From: Candidatus Binatia bacterium | GTDB taxonomy: Bacteria; Desulfobacterota; Binatia; HRBIN30 | Direction of reading: 5' to 3' | Length of the DNA: 64,000 bases | Assembly (NCBI GenBank): GCA_038245295.1 | Contig: JBBRSP010000005.1 | Coordinates: 128,001 to 192,000 of the forward strand | The notes under the pieces: generated by a model | What the model was told of the DNA's origin: nothing | Seen by the model: only the letters and a program-made list of their open reading frames with translations | Databases searched by the model: none | Made by a program: the position numbers and the translations under genes | In this document: in pieces, positions 1-10,756 of the stretch | How the letters are laid out: each line of letters starts with the position of its first letter | How positions within the stretch are numbered: position 1 is the first letter of the stretch

Positions 1-47
1 AAGTCACTCTCACCGGTCGACGCAGCCGCGTCTCGTGCCTGTTCCAT
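1..47 (-). CDS. 5' end of a gene running off the window, possibly 30S ribosomal protein S1
   Basis: ATG at 47 with a GGGGG SD-like run upstream; reads MEQARDAAASTGESD. cmk is commonly followed by rpsA, but only 15 codons are visible. Confidence 0.35.
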   Translation of the reverse strand, partial: MEQARDAAASTGESD

Positions 48-97
48 GTGGTTAGAACCCCCTGAAGGATGAACTCGCGCTGTTCATATCGCCGTGA

Positions 98-784
98 CTA
101 TATGCTTTCAAGCGCGGCTACGCGCGTTGCGACCAACTTCCGCAACGCGTCAACGACCTGATCAACTCCGAGCTTTGTTGTGTCCATGATGACCGCATCT
201 CCTGCCGGGCGTAAAGGTGAATGACTGCGCGACATGTCGCGTTCATCCCGCTCGGCGATCTCACGTTCCATCTGCTCCAACTCCGCTTCCGAAACAACCC
301 TTTTATTTTCCGTGGCTCGTCGCCGCGCTCGTTCGCGCGGTGAGGCGTCCAGAAAAACCTTTACCGGCGCATCCGGGAAAACAACCGTCCCGATGTCACG
401 CCCTTCCATGACCACTCCGCCGTCCGCGCCCATGCGCCGCTGCGACGCCACCAGGGCCTCGCGCACCACCGGCACCGCTGAGGTCTTCGATGCTTGCTGA
501 GCCGCCTCGGGCAAACGAATGAGTGCGCTGACGTCGCGCCCGTCGGCAAGTGTGATTACACGGCCATCCGTTTCGACGAATTCGATGCGCGTGCGATCGC
601 ACAGCGTAGCCAACGCGGAAGCGTCGGCGAGGTCTATTTTTTCTTCTGATGAAAGCAAACCGATGACGCGGTACATCGCGCCTGTATCAACGTAGCGATA
701 CCCGAGCGCCTGCGCCAGGTTTCGGCTGACAGTACTCTTACCGGCTCCGGCCGGGCCATCGATGGCGACGACGATGCGTTTCAT
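98..784 (-). CDS. cmk: cytidylate kinase
   Basis: IAIDGPAGAGKST-type P-loop, DTGAMYR and EGRDIGTVVFPDA motifs; ATGA overlap with the aroA stop. Confidence 0.97.
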   Translation of the reverse strand: MKRIVVAIDGPAGAGKSTVSRNLAQALGYRYVDTGAMYRVIGLLSSEEKIDLADASALATLCDRTRIEFVETDGRVITLADGRDVSALIRLPEAAQQASKTSAVPVVREALVASQRRMGADGGVVMEGRDIGTVVFPDAPVKVFLDASPRERARRRATENKRVVSEAELEQMEREIAERDERDMSRSHSPLRPAGDAVIMDTTKLGVDQVVDALRKLVATRVAALESI

Positions 785-2061
785 CGGCGTAACACCTCGA
801 GTCGATCGAAGAAGTCCGGGAATGTCTTCCGCACGCAATCGGGGTCGCAAATACCGACGCCGGGCACGCGCAGTCCAAGAAGAGCAAAACTCATGGCGAT
901 CCGGTGATCGTCGTACGTCGAAACGTCGGCGGAACGCAACAGAGAAGGCATGATCTGAATTCCTTCCGCTTCCTCGACAACCGTCGCGCCAAGGCGCTTC
1001 AACTCGGTGGCCACGGCATGAAGGCGATCACTCTCCTGTAGGCGCAGATGTCCGACGTTGCGGATGTGCACCGGCCCCGAAGCCAGCGGTGCAATGGCCG
1101 CTAACGTTGGCGCGGTGTCGGAGATAGCATTCATATCGACATCGACCCCAGTCAACTGCGCCGGCCCCTGCACTTCAATAAAGTCGGCGCCGCGTCGCAC
1201 CGTCGCTCCCATTTGCTCGAGGATGTCGACAAATCGCACATCGCCCTGGAGCGACGCCTGGCTGAGGCCTTCCACTCGCACGCAGCCACCGGTGATCGCC
1301 GCGGCAGCCCAGAAGTAGTGAGCTCCCGACGCGTCGGGCTCGATACGATAGGCACGCCCGCGATAACGCTGCGGGCTGATACGAAAATGCTCATACCCCG
1401 AACGCTCGACCTCGACGCCGAACTCGCGCATCACCGCCAGGGTCATGTCGATGTAGGGAGCCGCGACCAGACCGTTCTTGAGATCGACCGTGATGGCCGC
1501 CTGGGCATAGGGCGCCACCTGTAATACGGCCGACAGGAATTGGCTGCTCTTCGAGGCATCAATCGTCGTGTGCCCGCCACGCAATCCAGCCGCCTGAATG
1601 ACGACCGGCGGGCAGCCACCAGGTGATTCGCAGCGCACGTCGGCACCCAACTGAACCAGCGCATCGACGAGATCCTGGATCGGTCGTTGGCGCATGCGCG
1701 GAGTGCCATCGATTCGATACGTGCCGTTGCCGACGCACAACGCAGCCACCAGGAAACGCATGGCGGTGCCGGCGTTGCCGGCAAACAGATCCGCCTGCGT
1801 CGCCGGGATACGGCCGCCGCAGCCTTGGACAACGAAGCGATTGGCCGACTCCTCCGCGACGATCGCGACGCCGAGCCGTTTCCACGACTCGGCCATGTGG
1901 TGTGTATCGTCAGAAAACAGGGCACCGTCCAAAATCGACTCGCCTTCCGCCAGCGCCGCGATCAGCAGCGCGCGGTTGGTAATGCTCTTCGAACCCGGCA
2001 CCGTCACCGTGGCGTGCGGCGGCCGTTCGAGAGGGATGAGATTGAGTACGGCCTTGATCAA
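781..2061 (-). CDS. aroA: 3-phosphoshikimate 1-carboxyvinyltransferase
   Basis: PGSKSITNRALL, GNAGTAMRF, SSQFLSA and DHRIAMSF motifs. Confidence 0.98.
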   Translation of the reverse strand: MIKAVLNLIPLERPPHATVTVPGSKSITNRALLIAALAEGESILDGALFSDDTHHMAESWKRLGVAIVAEESANRFVVQGCGGRIPATQADLFAGNAGTAMRFLVAALCVGNGTYRIDGTPRMRQRPIQDLVDALVQLGADVRCESPGGCPPVVIQAAGLRGGHTTIDASKSSQFLSAVLQVAPYAQAAITVDLKNGLVAAPYIDMTLAVMREFGVEVERSGYEHFRISPQRYRGRAYRIEPDASGAHYFWAAAAITGGCVRVEGLSQASLQGDVRFVDILEQMGATVRRGADFIEVQGPAQLTGVDVDMNAISDTAPTLAAIAPLASGPVHIRNVGHLRLQESDRLHAVATELKRLGATVVEEAEGIQIMPSLLRSADVSTYDDHRIAMSFALLGLRVPGVGICDPDCVRKTFPDFFDRLEVLRR

Positions 2062-2945
2062 GTCGCCGACTCCTCGTTGCGCCAGGTATGGCGCGCTTGC
2101 CGCGCGCGCTCCAGGAACCGAACGATCGCGGCACGATCACCGGTATCGATAGCCTGGCGCAGCGCCGTCACGCTTGCGACGAAGCGCGTGCTCGCGTCGT
2201 CCACGGCGCGCGCGTTGGCCAGCAGAATATCGGCCCACATCTCGCTCGAACTGGCGGCGACACGGGTGGCGCTGCGAAAGCTCGGGCCGGCGAAGTCGGC
2301 GAGATGAGGATCCGCATCGAGCAGCGCGTCGACGAGACTAAAGGCGATGACGTGCGGCAGGTGACTCACCCAGCCGAGAATGGCGTCATGGCGCGCCGCG
2401 TCCATGACGTCGACGGTCATCCCGACACCCTCCCAAAGCGCCCGGACCTGGGCGACAGCGACGTCGGTAGATCGCGCACTCGGCGTGACGATACAACGGG
2501 CGGAGCGAAACAGCTCAGCCCGCGCCGCCGCCGCGCCAGCATCTTCTGTACCGGCAATCGGGTGGGCACCGACGAAAGTCACGTGGCTCGGCAACAAGGG
2601 TTCGATTTCGTCGATCACGGAGCGCTTCACACTGCCGGCATCGGTAACGATCGCGCCGGCCTTGAACGCCGGCGCAGCAGCTCGAACGATGTCCGCCATG
2701 CTGGTGATGGGCGTCGCCAGAAGCACAAGGTCGGCGTCGCGGACGGCGTCGGCGGCATCGTCGGTGGCGCGATCGATCATGCCGCGATCGAGGGCGATCT
2801 GCAGATTAGCGGCCGAGCGCCCGCAGCCGACGGTTTCGCCAATGAGCCCGGCGGCACGAGCGGCAAGCGCAAACGAGCCGCCGATCAGGCCGACTCCGCA
2901 GATCGCGGCATGCTCAAAACGGGGTGGCACTTTTTCCTCCGGCAC
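2058..2945 (-). CDS. tyrA: prephenate/arogenate dehydrogenase
   Basis: GVGLIGGS Rossmann motif, DAGSVK, HPIAGTE, SHLPH; GTG start inferred. Confidence 0.93.
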   Translation of the reverse strand: MPEEKVPPRFEHAAICGVGLIGGSFALAARAAGLIGETVGCGRSAANLQIALDRGMIDRATDDAADAVRDADLVLLATPITSMADIVRAAAPAFKAGAIVTDAGSVKRSVIDEIEPLLPSHVTFVGAHPIAGTEDAGAAAARAELFRSARCIVTPSARSTDVAVAQVRALWEGVGMTVDVMDAARHDAILGWVSHLPHVIAFSLVDALLDADPHLADFAGPSFRSATRVAASSSEMWADILLANARAVDDASTRFVASVTALRQAIDTGDRAAIVRFLERARQARHTWRNEESAT

Positions 2946-4038
2946 GCCCCACCTTTTCGACGGCTTTGACGCAGCGCTCGTTCTCTTCGGCGGTGCCGAC
3001 CGTGATGCGCACGTGTTCGGCAAAACCGTAGACACCCATCGGACGCACAATCACGCCTTCGCGCAACAAGGCTTCGTAGACACGTACGCCGTTGCCGACA
3101 CGCACGAGCAGGAAGTTGGCCCAGCTGGGCACACACTCCAAGCCAAGGCGTTCAAACGCCGCGCGCAAGTAGGCCAGCCCCTCGCGGTTGCAGCGCCGCG
3201 TTCGTTCGACATGCTCGGTGTCGTCGAGCGCAGCAAGGGCGCCCACCTGTGCCAAGCTGGTGACGTTGAACGGCGCGCGAACGCGATTCATGTAATCCAT
3301 CAGCAACGGGTTGCCGATGCCAACGCCGATGCGCAGCCCCGCCAAACCATAGATTTTCGAGAAGGTCCGCAAGGTCAGCAACAGACGATTGCCATCTTGT
3401 GCCGCCAACGAGTCGGGATACTCGGGATCCTCGACGAACTCGAAGTACGCCTCGTCCATGACGATGATCACATGCGGCGGCACGCTGCGCAGAAACTCTT
3501 CCCAGTCGCGGCGCAAGAAGATCGTCCCGGTCGGGTTGTTCGGGTTGGCGAGAAAAACAAGGCGCGTCGCCGGCGTAATGGCTTCGGCGATGGCCTCGAG
3601 ATCGTGGGTATAGTTGCGCAGGGGGATGATCTTGCTGTGGCCGCCAATCGCCTGAACCGCGAGTTTGTAGATGACGAACGCCTGATCGGCCATGACGGCC
3701 TCGTCGCCACGCTGCATGAAGGTGCGCACGGCAAGCTCGATCAGCTCGTTCGAACCGTTGCCGAAGAGAAGCGCCTCGGGCGACACGCCAAGCTTGTTCG
3801 CCAGGGCGCGCTTCAAATAATAGCAGTTGCCGTCGGGGTAGCGGTGCAACTGCGGTAGGGCGGCCGTGATTGCCGCCAACGCCTTGGGCGACGGACCGAG
3901 GGGGTTTTCGTTCGACGCCACCTTGATCGAATTGAAAACACCGTATTCGCGCTCGAGCTCCTCGATCGGCTTGCCGGGCGGATAGGGATCAAGCGCACGG
4001 ATCCAATCGGGAACGAGATGTTTGGTATCGATTGTCAT
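2914..4038 (-). CDS. hisC: histidinol-phosphate aminotransferase
   Basis: ASNENPLG, NPNNPTG, DEAY and RTFSKIYGLAGLRIG motifs. Confidence 0.96.
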   Translation of the reverse strand: MTIDTKHLVPDWIRALDPYPPGKPIEELEREYGVFNSIKVASNENPLGPSPKALAAITAALPQLHRYPDGNCYYLKRALANKLGVSPEALLFGNGSNELIELAVRTFMQRGDEAVMADQAFVIYKLAVQAIGGHSKIIPLRNYTHDLEAIAEAITPATRLVFLANPNNPTGTIFLRRDWEEFLRSVPPHVIIVMDEAYFEFVEDPEYPDSLAAQDGNRLLLTLRTFSKIYGLAGLRIGVGIGNPLLMDYMNRVRAPFNVTSLAQVGALAALDDTEHVERTRRCNREGLAYLRAAFERLGLECVPSWANFLLVRVGNGVRVYEALLREGVIVRPMGVYGFAEHVRITVGTAEENERCVKAVEKVGRAGGKSATPF

Positions 4039-4045
4039 AGTGTCC

Positions 4046-5134
4046 TTAGGCCGGGCGCAGGGCCGACGGGTACGAACCGAGGACGCGACAGAACAAGCTC
4101 TGCTCGCGTACCGCGTCCAGGGCACGGGCGACCTCGGGGGATTCCACGTGTCCGACCATGTCGAGGAAGAACACGTATTCCCAGGCGTGGCCCTTGAGAG
4201 GACGCGACTCGATGTTGCACAGGCTCACGCTGTTGTCGGCAAAGGGCTTCAGGATACGAAACAACGCACCGGCTTCGTGGGGCGCCGACAGGACGACACT
4301 CGTCTTATCGTCACCACTGGGCCCGCCGATGCTGTCGCGTCCGAGCACCAGGAATCGGGTATAATTGTTGGCCTGGTCCTGAATGTTGGCGGCGATCACT
4401 TTCAATCCGTGCAGCTCCGCGGCGATGCGCCCGGCAATTGCCGCGACGGAGCGCTGCCGCCGCGCCAACTCGGCCGCCTGCGAGTTGCTGCCGGCCTCTA
4501 CCTGCGGCGTGCGCGGATAGTTGACCTGCAACCAATGACGGCATTGGCCGAGCGACTGCGGGTGCGACACGATGCGGCGGATCTTCGACGGATCACCGCT
4601 CAGCGACATCAGGCATTGTTCGACACGCAGCTGCACTTCGGCCTTGATCGTCAGCGGCGACTCCACCAGGCGGTCCAGGGTAGCAGCCACGGCACCCTCG
4701 GTGGAGTTTTCCACCGGGACGATGCCGTAGTCGGCACGCTGATGCTCGACTTCATCAAAGACCTCACTGAACGTATCGACCGCCACGATCGTGGTCTGGG
4801 CCCCAAATTGTTCAATGACGGCCTGGTGCGAGAAGGTCCCGAGCGGCCCCAGGCAGGCAATCCGCAGCGGCTGCTCGAGAGAAAGACAGGCGGCGATCAC
4901 CTCGCGGAAGATCGCACGCACCCGTTCGTTCGGCAGCGGCCCCTGGTTGAGCTGCTGCAGACGACGGAAAATGTCCTTCTCGCGCGAGGGTCGATAGATG
5001 CTGCCGTTGGTATGGCGCTTGTATTCGCCGACCTGCACCACCTGCTCGGCGCGTTGGTTCAGCAACTCAAGCAGTTGGGTATCGATTTGATCGATTTTGC
5101 GGCGCAGAGCGTCAAGCGACAGGCGGCGAGCCAA
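4046..5134 (-). CDS. pheA: chorismate mutase/prephenate dehydratase (P-protein)
   Basis: N-terminal LRRKIDQID mutase domain, VPVENSTEG, NYTRF and ESRP ACT domain; TTG start after a GAGGGG SD inferred. Confidence 0.95.
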   Translation of the reverse strand: MARRLSLDALRRKIDQIDTQLLELLNQRAEQVVQVGEYKRHTNGSIYRPSREKDIFRRLQQLNQGPLPNERVRAIFREVIAACLSLEQPLRIACLGPLGTFSHQAVIEQFGAQTTIVAVDTFSEVFDEVEHQRADYGIVPVENSTEGAVAATLDRLVESPLTIKAEVQLRVEQCLMSLSGDPSKIRRIVSHPQSLGQCRHWLQVNYPRTPQVEAGSNSQAAELARRQRSVAAIAGRIAAELHGLKVIAANIQDQANNYTRFLVLGRDSIGGPSGDDKTSVVLSAPHEAGALFRILKPFADNSVSLCNIESRPLKGHAWEYVFFLDMVGHVESPEVARALDAVREQSLFCRVLGSYPSALRPA

Positions 5135-5346
5135 GGCATCCCCTCGAAGACATCCATGCGGCAAACACCTCACATGCGCCGCACGCGCCCGGGACCCCCA
5201 TCACATTGCATGTCTTCATGGATTTGTGACCGACGGCGGCTGAGCTAGCCCAGGCCCGCGATAATTGCAACGCACGGCACACGGGTTCCTCTCTATCGAG
5301 GAGGATCGAATGATGATTCGAGTATGATTGACAACGCTGGACGCGC

Positions 5347-5754
5347 TTAAGGCGTGTGCGCCGGCTCCAATCGCAGCGCCAGAGACTCCGACGTATCAGC
5401 GATCATCCCAATCCACACATCGGCCCAGCCGTAGCGCTGGCGCAGCAAGCGACGGATGAGCAGGTGACCATCCGGCTGTTTCAGGACGACGACACGATGC
5501 GACTCGATGCGGCCGCCCCGCTTGAGCTCGATCTCCGGGTTGCGCTGGATATCGAGATAGAAGGGGCGCTGCGGGTTGGCGATTTCGATATAGGCGGCGC
5601 CATCGTCCTCCGCGACCCAGGTGCGCGTCTCGCGCCAGCCGCCGTCCTCGGCGTGGGTGCGCACGACGACGACCTCCTTTCCTTCTAGGGCGAGCAGGGT
5701 GATCGCGGCAAAGACGAGCGCGAGCCCGAGCACCGAAAGGACGAGCCGCTTCAC
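5347..5754 (-). CDS. membrane-anchored nitroreductase/deazaflavin-reductase-like (split beta-barrel) hypothetical protein
   Basis: N-terminal TM helix; RETRTWVAEDDG and NPEIEL...RQRYGWAD pattern; GTGA overlap with the upstream gene. Confidence 0.55.
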   Translation of the reverse strand: MKRLVLSVLGLALVFAAITLLALEGKEVVVVRTHAEDGGWRETRTWVAEDDGAAYIEIANPQRPFYLDIQRNPEIELKRGGRIESHRVVVLKQPDGHLLIRRLLRQRYGWADVWIGMIADTSESLALRLEPAHTP

Positions 5755-7103
5755 GAGATGGTGGCCCACGCGTCGGGGTGGGCGCGCAGGTAACGATTCA
5801 CCTTCATGTTGGCGACGAAGTAGGCCATCGTCTCGAGGTAGTTGCCCGTCGGCGGCGGAAACAGCCGGCGAGCGATAGCCTTGGTCGAGTAGAACCCCTG
5901 GTAGACATATTTGAAGCCGTCGAGCATCTGCTCGGTGGTCATCTGCGCCGGCTTGATCAACGGGCTGCCGTAGTCGTAGCGGCCCCAGTCACTCACCAGG
6001 ATGCGGCCGGCCTTCATCATCTCATCGTAGTACTGCGTTCCGGGGTATGGGCACGGGGTGAACAGTTTGAGGAACGTGATCTGGTTGTCGATGAGGAACT
6101 GCAAAGATCGGCCGAAGACATCGAGCGTGTCGCCGTCGAGTCCGACCATCAGCAAAGCAATCACCTGGATGCCTTTGTTGCGGATCGCGGCCAGGTCTTG
6201 GTCGAATCGTTTTGGCCGATTGAAGCCCTTATGGATCGAGCCGAGGCTATCCTCGTTGATACTTTCGAGGCCGATCGACAGGCTCACACAGCCGCTACGC
6301 GCCGCCAGGTCCAGCAGCTCCGGATCACGCGCAATGTTGATCGTGCTCTGGCTCGCCCACTTGATTTTCAGCGGGATCATGGCGCGGAAAAGCTCCTTGG
6401 CCGCATCCGGGCGGGCAATCGGATTGTCGTCCAGAAATAGGATGCGACTGGCGCCGAGCGACTTGATGACTTTGAGATCTTCGATGACTTCTTCCACGGG
6501 ACGCGTGCGGAAGCCGCGCTCGTAGAAGGTCTGCACGGCGCAATAAGAACACGGATGTGGACACCCACGCGAGAAGACCACCGGCCAATGGAAGTACATT
6601 CTGTACAGCCAGCTCTTCTTGAAGGCCTCGTACTTGAGAAGGGGTAAGGTCGTATAGTCGATGCGCGGCATGTCGCGCATCGAATGCCACTCGGACGAGC
6701 GATAGATGCCGCGGCTACGACCGGCGGCAAGATCTTCGAGGACATGCGACCAGACGAACTCGGCTTCCCCCGAGACAACGGCATCGGCGTGTTTCAGGGA
6801 TTCCTGGGCGGTGAGCGTGACCCACGTGCCACCGAGAACGACTTTCTTCCCTTGGGCACGATAGTGGTCGGCCAACTCATAGGCGCGTTTGATTTGCGGG
6901 CCCATGGCGGTGAGGCCGACGACGTCGCAGTTCGGATTCATGTCGACGTCATAGAACAGCTCGTCGACCATCGTGACGTCATGCTCGGGCGGCGTCAGCG
7001 CCTTGAGGTAGGGCAGCGTCGTACCACTGGTCCAATAACGCGTCGTTTTGACCAGCGAGCCATCGGCATTGCGGTGCGACGGTGAGATTAAGTAGATGCG
7101 CAT
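5751..7103 (-). CDS. B12-binding domain radical SAM protein
   Basis: RGCPHPCSYC CxxxCxxC motif; N-terminal cobalamin-binding-like region (VVLGG...ADAVVSGEAE). Confidence 0.92.
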   Translation of the reverse strand: MRIYLISPSHRNADGSLVKTTRYWTSGTTLPYLKALTPPEHDVTMVDELFYDVDMNPNCDVVGLTAMGPQIKRAYELADHYRAQGKKVVLGGTWVTLTAQESLKHADAVVSGEAEFVWSHVLEDLAAGRSRGIYRSSEWHSMRDMPRIDYTTLPLLKYEAFKKSWLYRMYFHWPVVFSRGCPHPCSYCAVQTFYERGFRTRPVEEVIEDLKVIKSLGASRILFLDDNPIARPDAAKELFRAMIPLKIKWASQSTINIARDPELLDLAARSGCVSLSIGLESINEDSLGSIHKGFNRPKRFDQDLAAIRNKGIQVIALLMVGLDGDTLDVFGRSLQFLIDNQITFLKLFTPCPYPGTQYYDEMMKAGRILVSDWGRYDYGSPLIKPAQMTTEQMLDGFKYVYQGFYSTKAIARRLFPPPTGNYLETMAYFVANMKVNRYLRAHPDAWATIS

Positions 7104-7193
7104 GATAAGTCGTCGATTGTCGCGTTTTGCGGCGTCGTGTCAACGGTACATCTCCAGATGAATCAGCATTGCACTGTCGCTAAGGTCGCGACG

Positions 7194-7901
7194 ATGTCAT
7201 TACCTGCCAGCCGCTTTCGGATTGCGCTCAACCGGGTGCTCTTCCGCGGCATGTTATTCATCTGTGGCCTGATCGCCATCGCCCTCTACCGTTTCAGCAA
7301 GCCGGCGGCGTGGCGCTTCGCCAAGGTCTCGGCGCGCCTGCTGGCACGCCTATGCGGCGTGGTTGTCCACGTCCGCGGCCTCGAGCATCTCGGCGCCGGG
7401 CCATACATCTATGCACCGAACCATCAGAGCAACTTCGATATCGCCGCCCTGCTGGGCTACCTGCCGGGCATCAACCGCTTTGCCGCCAAGAAGGAGCTGT
7501 TCAGCGAACCGATTCTCGGCCTGGTGCTGCAGACCTTGGGCATGATCCCGATTGATCGCGACAACCCGTTGGATGCCATCGATCGGCTGAAGACTCTGCA
7601 ACTGGAAGGCTCGTCGGTCATCATCTTCCCCGAGGGGACGCGCAGCCGCGACGGTAAACTCTTGCCGTTCAAAAAGGGGCCCTTTGTGGCGGCCATCGGC
7701 CTCGGGTTGCCTATCGTCCCCATCGTCTGCAAGGGCACTATCAAGGTGATGCCGAAGGGCAAGTATCTCTCCATCGTACCGGGCGAGGTCGAGATCATCG
7801 TGTTGCCACCGATCAACGCCAGCGAGTTCGGTTACGAGGGACGCGATCGCTTACGCGACCTGGTGCGCGAGCAGATAGCCAGTCACCTAGATGAATCGTG
7901 A
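7194..7901 (+). CDS. plsC: 1-acyl-sn-glycerol-3-phosphate acyltransferase
   Basis: NHQSNFD, FAAKKEL, IFPEGTRS and FKKGPF motifs. Confidence 0.9.
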   Translation: MSLPASRFRIALNRVLFRGMLFICGLIAIALYRFSKPAAWRFAKVSARLLARLCGVVVHVRGLEHLGAGPYIYAPNHQSNFDIAALLGYLPGINRFAAKKELFSEPILGLVLQTLGMIPIDRDNPLDAIDRLKTLQLEGSSVIIFPEGTRSRDGKLLPFKKGPFVAAIGLGLPIVPIVCKGTIKVMPKGKYLSIVPGEVEIIVLPPINASEFGYEGRDRLRDLVREQIASHLDES

Positions 7902-8739
7902 ACGTCGAGTGGCCGTCGCTGACCGCCTGGACCGCGCCCTGGCGGCGGCCGACCCGGAACTGTCGCGTGGCGAGGCGCGACGCCTGATCGCTGCCGGCGC
8001 CGTATTCTTGAACGGCACGCGATGTCGCATCGCCTCGAAGCTGGCACGCGCCGGCGATCGACTGCGAGTCAGCGACGAAGCCACCGTCGCCTCGACTCAT
8101 CCGCCAGACAAGCCACCCTTGCCGATCGTGTTCGAGGACAACGTGTTGGTGGCAATCGACAAGCCGGCAAACATGCCCGCTGTGCCGACGCGGCAGGGCA
8201 CCGTTGGTTGCGCCTTGGATCTATTGCATCAGCAGTTGCACGAACGGGACGGCCGGCGCCAGCAGTTGTGGGTCGTACATCGCATCGACGCCGCCACCTC
8301 TGGCGTGTTGGTGTTCACCAAGACGAAAGCGGCGGCGGCGCGCCTGTCAAAGCTTTTCGCCGAGCAGGACGTCGAGAAGCACTACCGCGCCGAGGTCGCC
8401 GGGGACTTGAAGGGCGACAGCGGTGTCATCGAGCTGCGTCTGAACGATCGCGGCAGGCAGGCGGTCGTCGATGAGCAAAGCGGCAAAGCGGCGCGCACCG
8501 AGTGGGCGGTCGTTGAACGTAAGAGCGGCTCCACCGTGGTCGATGTGCACCCTCGCACCGGACGAATGCACCAGATCCGCGTCCATTTCGCCGCCATCGG
8601 GCATCCAGTGATCGGTGACCGGCTTTACGGCGGGCCGTCGGCATCCCGTTTGATGTTGCACGCACAGAGCCTGTCGTTCCGGCATCCGCTGAGCGGCAGG
8701 CTGATCATCTTGGGCCAGTCGAGTAACCCCCAAGCCTGA
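7891..8739 (+). CDS. RluA-family pseudouridine synthase with S4 domain
   Basis: VHRIDAATSG catalytic motif and TGRMHQIRVH. Confidence 0.93.
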   Translation: MNRERRVAVADRLDRALAAADPELSRGEARRLIAAGAVFLNGTRCRIASKLARAGDRLRVSDEATVASTHPPDKPPLPIVFEDNVLVAIDKPANMPAVPTRQGTVGCALDLLHQQLHERDGRRQQLWVVHRIDAATSGVLVFTKTKAAAARLSKLFAEQDVEKHYRAEVAGDLKGDSGVIELRLNDRGRQAVVDEQSGKAARTEWAVVERKSGSTVVDVHPRTGRMHQIRVHFAAIGHPVIGDRLYGGPSASRLMLHAQSLSFRHPLSGRLIILGQSSNPQA

Positions 8740-8797
8740 GGCTAAGCCGCCCCGCGAGCCTCGCCTCGCGCCGACAGAGCCGCAGCGCACTCCTTGC

Positions 8798-10654
8798 CTA
8801 TCGCTTCGACTGCTTCAGATCCCGCACCGCGCCGCGCGCCGCGCTGGTGGTGAGCATCGCGTAGGCTTGCAACGCTTGCGACACCACACGTGTGCGTTTC
8901 ACCGGCTGCCAGGCGTGCGCACCGCGTTCGAGCATGGCGACCCGGCGCTTCTTGAGCTCGGCGGCTTCGACAACCAGGTCAACCTTACGGTTCGGGATGT
9001 CGATGCGGATGACATCACCCTCCTCGACCAGCGCAATGTTGCCACCTTCCGCCGCCTCGGGCGAAACGTGGCCGATGCTGAGCCCTGACGTGCCACCGCT
9101 GAAGCGGCCATCGGTGATGAGAGCGCAAGCTTTCCCGAGGTGTTTCGATTTGATGTAGGAGGTCGGGTACAACATCTCCTGCATCCCCGGACCGCCTTTC
9201 GGCCCTTCGTAGCGAATCAAGACGACATCGCCGGCTTTGATCTTGTCGTTGAGAATCGCGTTGCAAGCATCTTCCTGTGACTCGAAGATGCGCGCCGGTC
9301 CTTCGAACTTCCAGATTTCCTTGTCGACGCCGGCGGTCTTCACGATGCATCCGTCTTCCGCCAGGTTGCCGTACAGAACCGCCAGGCCGCCCTCCTTCGA
9401 ATAGGCATGCTCGACATCGCGAATGCAGCCGCCCTCGACATCGCTGTCGATGTCGGGAAAGTATTTCTCCTGCGAGAAGGCGACAGTTGTGCGCACGCCG
9501 CCAGGCGCCGCCAGCGAGCGTGCGCGAGCCGCGGGGTCGGCGCTCGCGCGCCGCACGTCGTTGGCGTCGATCGCTGCACCCATGGTCGGCGCGTGGACCG
9601 TCGGCACGTCGCGATGCATCAGGCCGGCTTTATCGAGCTCACCCAGGATGGTGAAGATGCCGCCGGCGCGATGCACGTCTTCGACGTGGTAATGCGACGA
9701 GGGCGCTACTTTGCAGATGTTCGGTGCAACTCGCGATAGGCGGTCGATGTCACGCATCGTGAAGTCGACCCCCGCCTCATGAGCGATCGCCAGGATGTGC
9801 AGAACGGTATTCGTCGAACCACCCATGGCGATATCGAGCATCATGGCATTTTCGAACGCGTCCTTCGTCGCAATGGCACGCGGCAGAACGCTCTGATCGT
9901 TGTCGACGTAGAAACGTTTGGCCAGGTGCACGACACGCTTGGCGGCATTCTCGAAGAGCTGCCAACGCGCCGCATGGGTCGCGACAATGGTTCCATTCCC
10001 GGGCAGCGCCAGGCCGAGCGCCTCGTTGAGACAGTTCATGCTGTTGGCGGTGAACATGCCCGAACACGAGCCGCAGGTCGGACAAGCCGAACGCTCCATC
10101 TCGTCGAGATCGGCATCGCTGACGCTGTCGTCTCCGGCCGCGATCATCGGGTCGATCAAATCGAGGGGCCGCCCGGCCGCGTCGACTGTTCCCTTCGTCG
10201 TACCGGCCTCCATCGGGCCGCCAGACACGAAGACGGTCGGGATATTCAGACGCATCGCCGCCATGAGCATACCGGGCGTGATCTTGTCGCAGTTGGAAAT
10301 ACAAACCAGCGCGTCGGCGACGTGAGCCTGAACCATGTACTCGACGCTGTCGGCGATGAGATCGCGGCTCGGCAGAGAATACAACATGCCGCCGTGGCCC
10401 ATGGCGATGCCGTCGTCGACGGCGATCGTGTTGAACTCCACACCCCAACCGCCGTTGGCATCGATCACCTGTTTGACGCGTTGCCCGAGGTCCTGCAGGT
10501 GCACGTGTCCCGGCACGAACTGGGTGAAGCTATTGGAGATGGCAATGATCGGCTTGTGAAAGTCAGCGTCTTGCATGCCGGTGGCACGCCACAGGGCGCG
10601 CGCGCCGGCCATGTTGCGACCTTGCGTCGTGATACGACTGCGGTACGGGTTCAT
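8798..10654 (-). CDS. ilvD: dihydroxy-acid dehydratase
   Basis: [27 protein letters not shown] and TDGRFSGGT motifs. Confidence 0.98.
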   Translation of the reverse strand: MNPYRSRITTQGRNMAGARALWRATGMQDADFHKPIIAISNSFTQFVPGHVHLQDLGQRVKQVIDANGGWGVEFNTIAVDDGIAMGHGGMLYSLPSRDLIADSVEYMVQAHVADALVCISNCDKITPGMLMAAMRLNIPTVFVSGGPMEAGTTKGTVDAAGRPLDLIDPMIAAGDDSVSDADLDEMERSACPTCGSCSGMFTANSMNCLNEALGLALPGNGTIVATHAARWQLFENAAKRVVHLAKRFYVDNDQSVLPRAIATKDAFENAMMLDIAMGGSTNTVLHILAIAHEAGVDFTMRDIDRLSRVAPNICKVAPSSHYHVEDVHRAGGIFTILGELDKAGLMHRDVPTVHAPTMGAAIDANDVRRASADPAARARSLAAPGGVRTTVAFSQEKYFPDIDSDVEGGCIRDVEHAYSKEGGLAVLYGNLAEDGCIVKTAGVDKEIWKFEGPARIFESQEDACNAILNDKIKAGDVVLIRYEGPKGGPGMQEMLYPTSYIKSKHLGKACALITDGRFSGGTSGLSIGHVSPEAAEGGNIALVEEGDVIRIDIPNRKVDLVVEAAELKKRRVAMLERGAHAWQPVKRTRVVSQALQAYAMLTTSAARGAVRDLKQSKR

Positions 10655-10756
10655 GCGTCGAGTGTAGTAGTCACAGGTGGTCGGTTACAAGCTGGAACCG
10701 ACGACAAACCGCGAGGAAACTGATCTCGGAGCGCCCTACCGCTACCGGTGGCGTAT

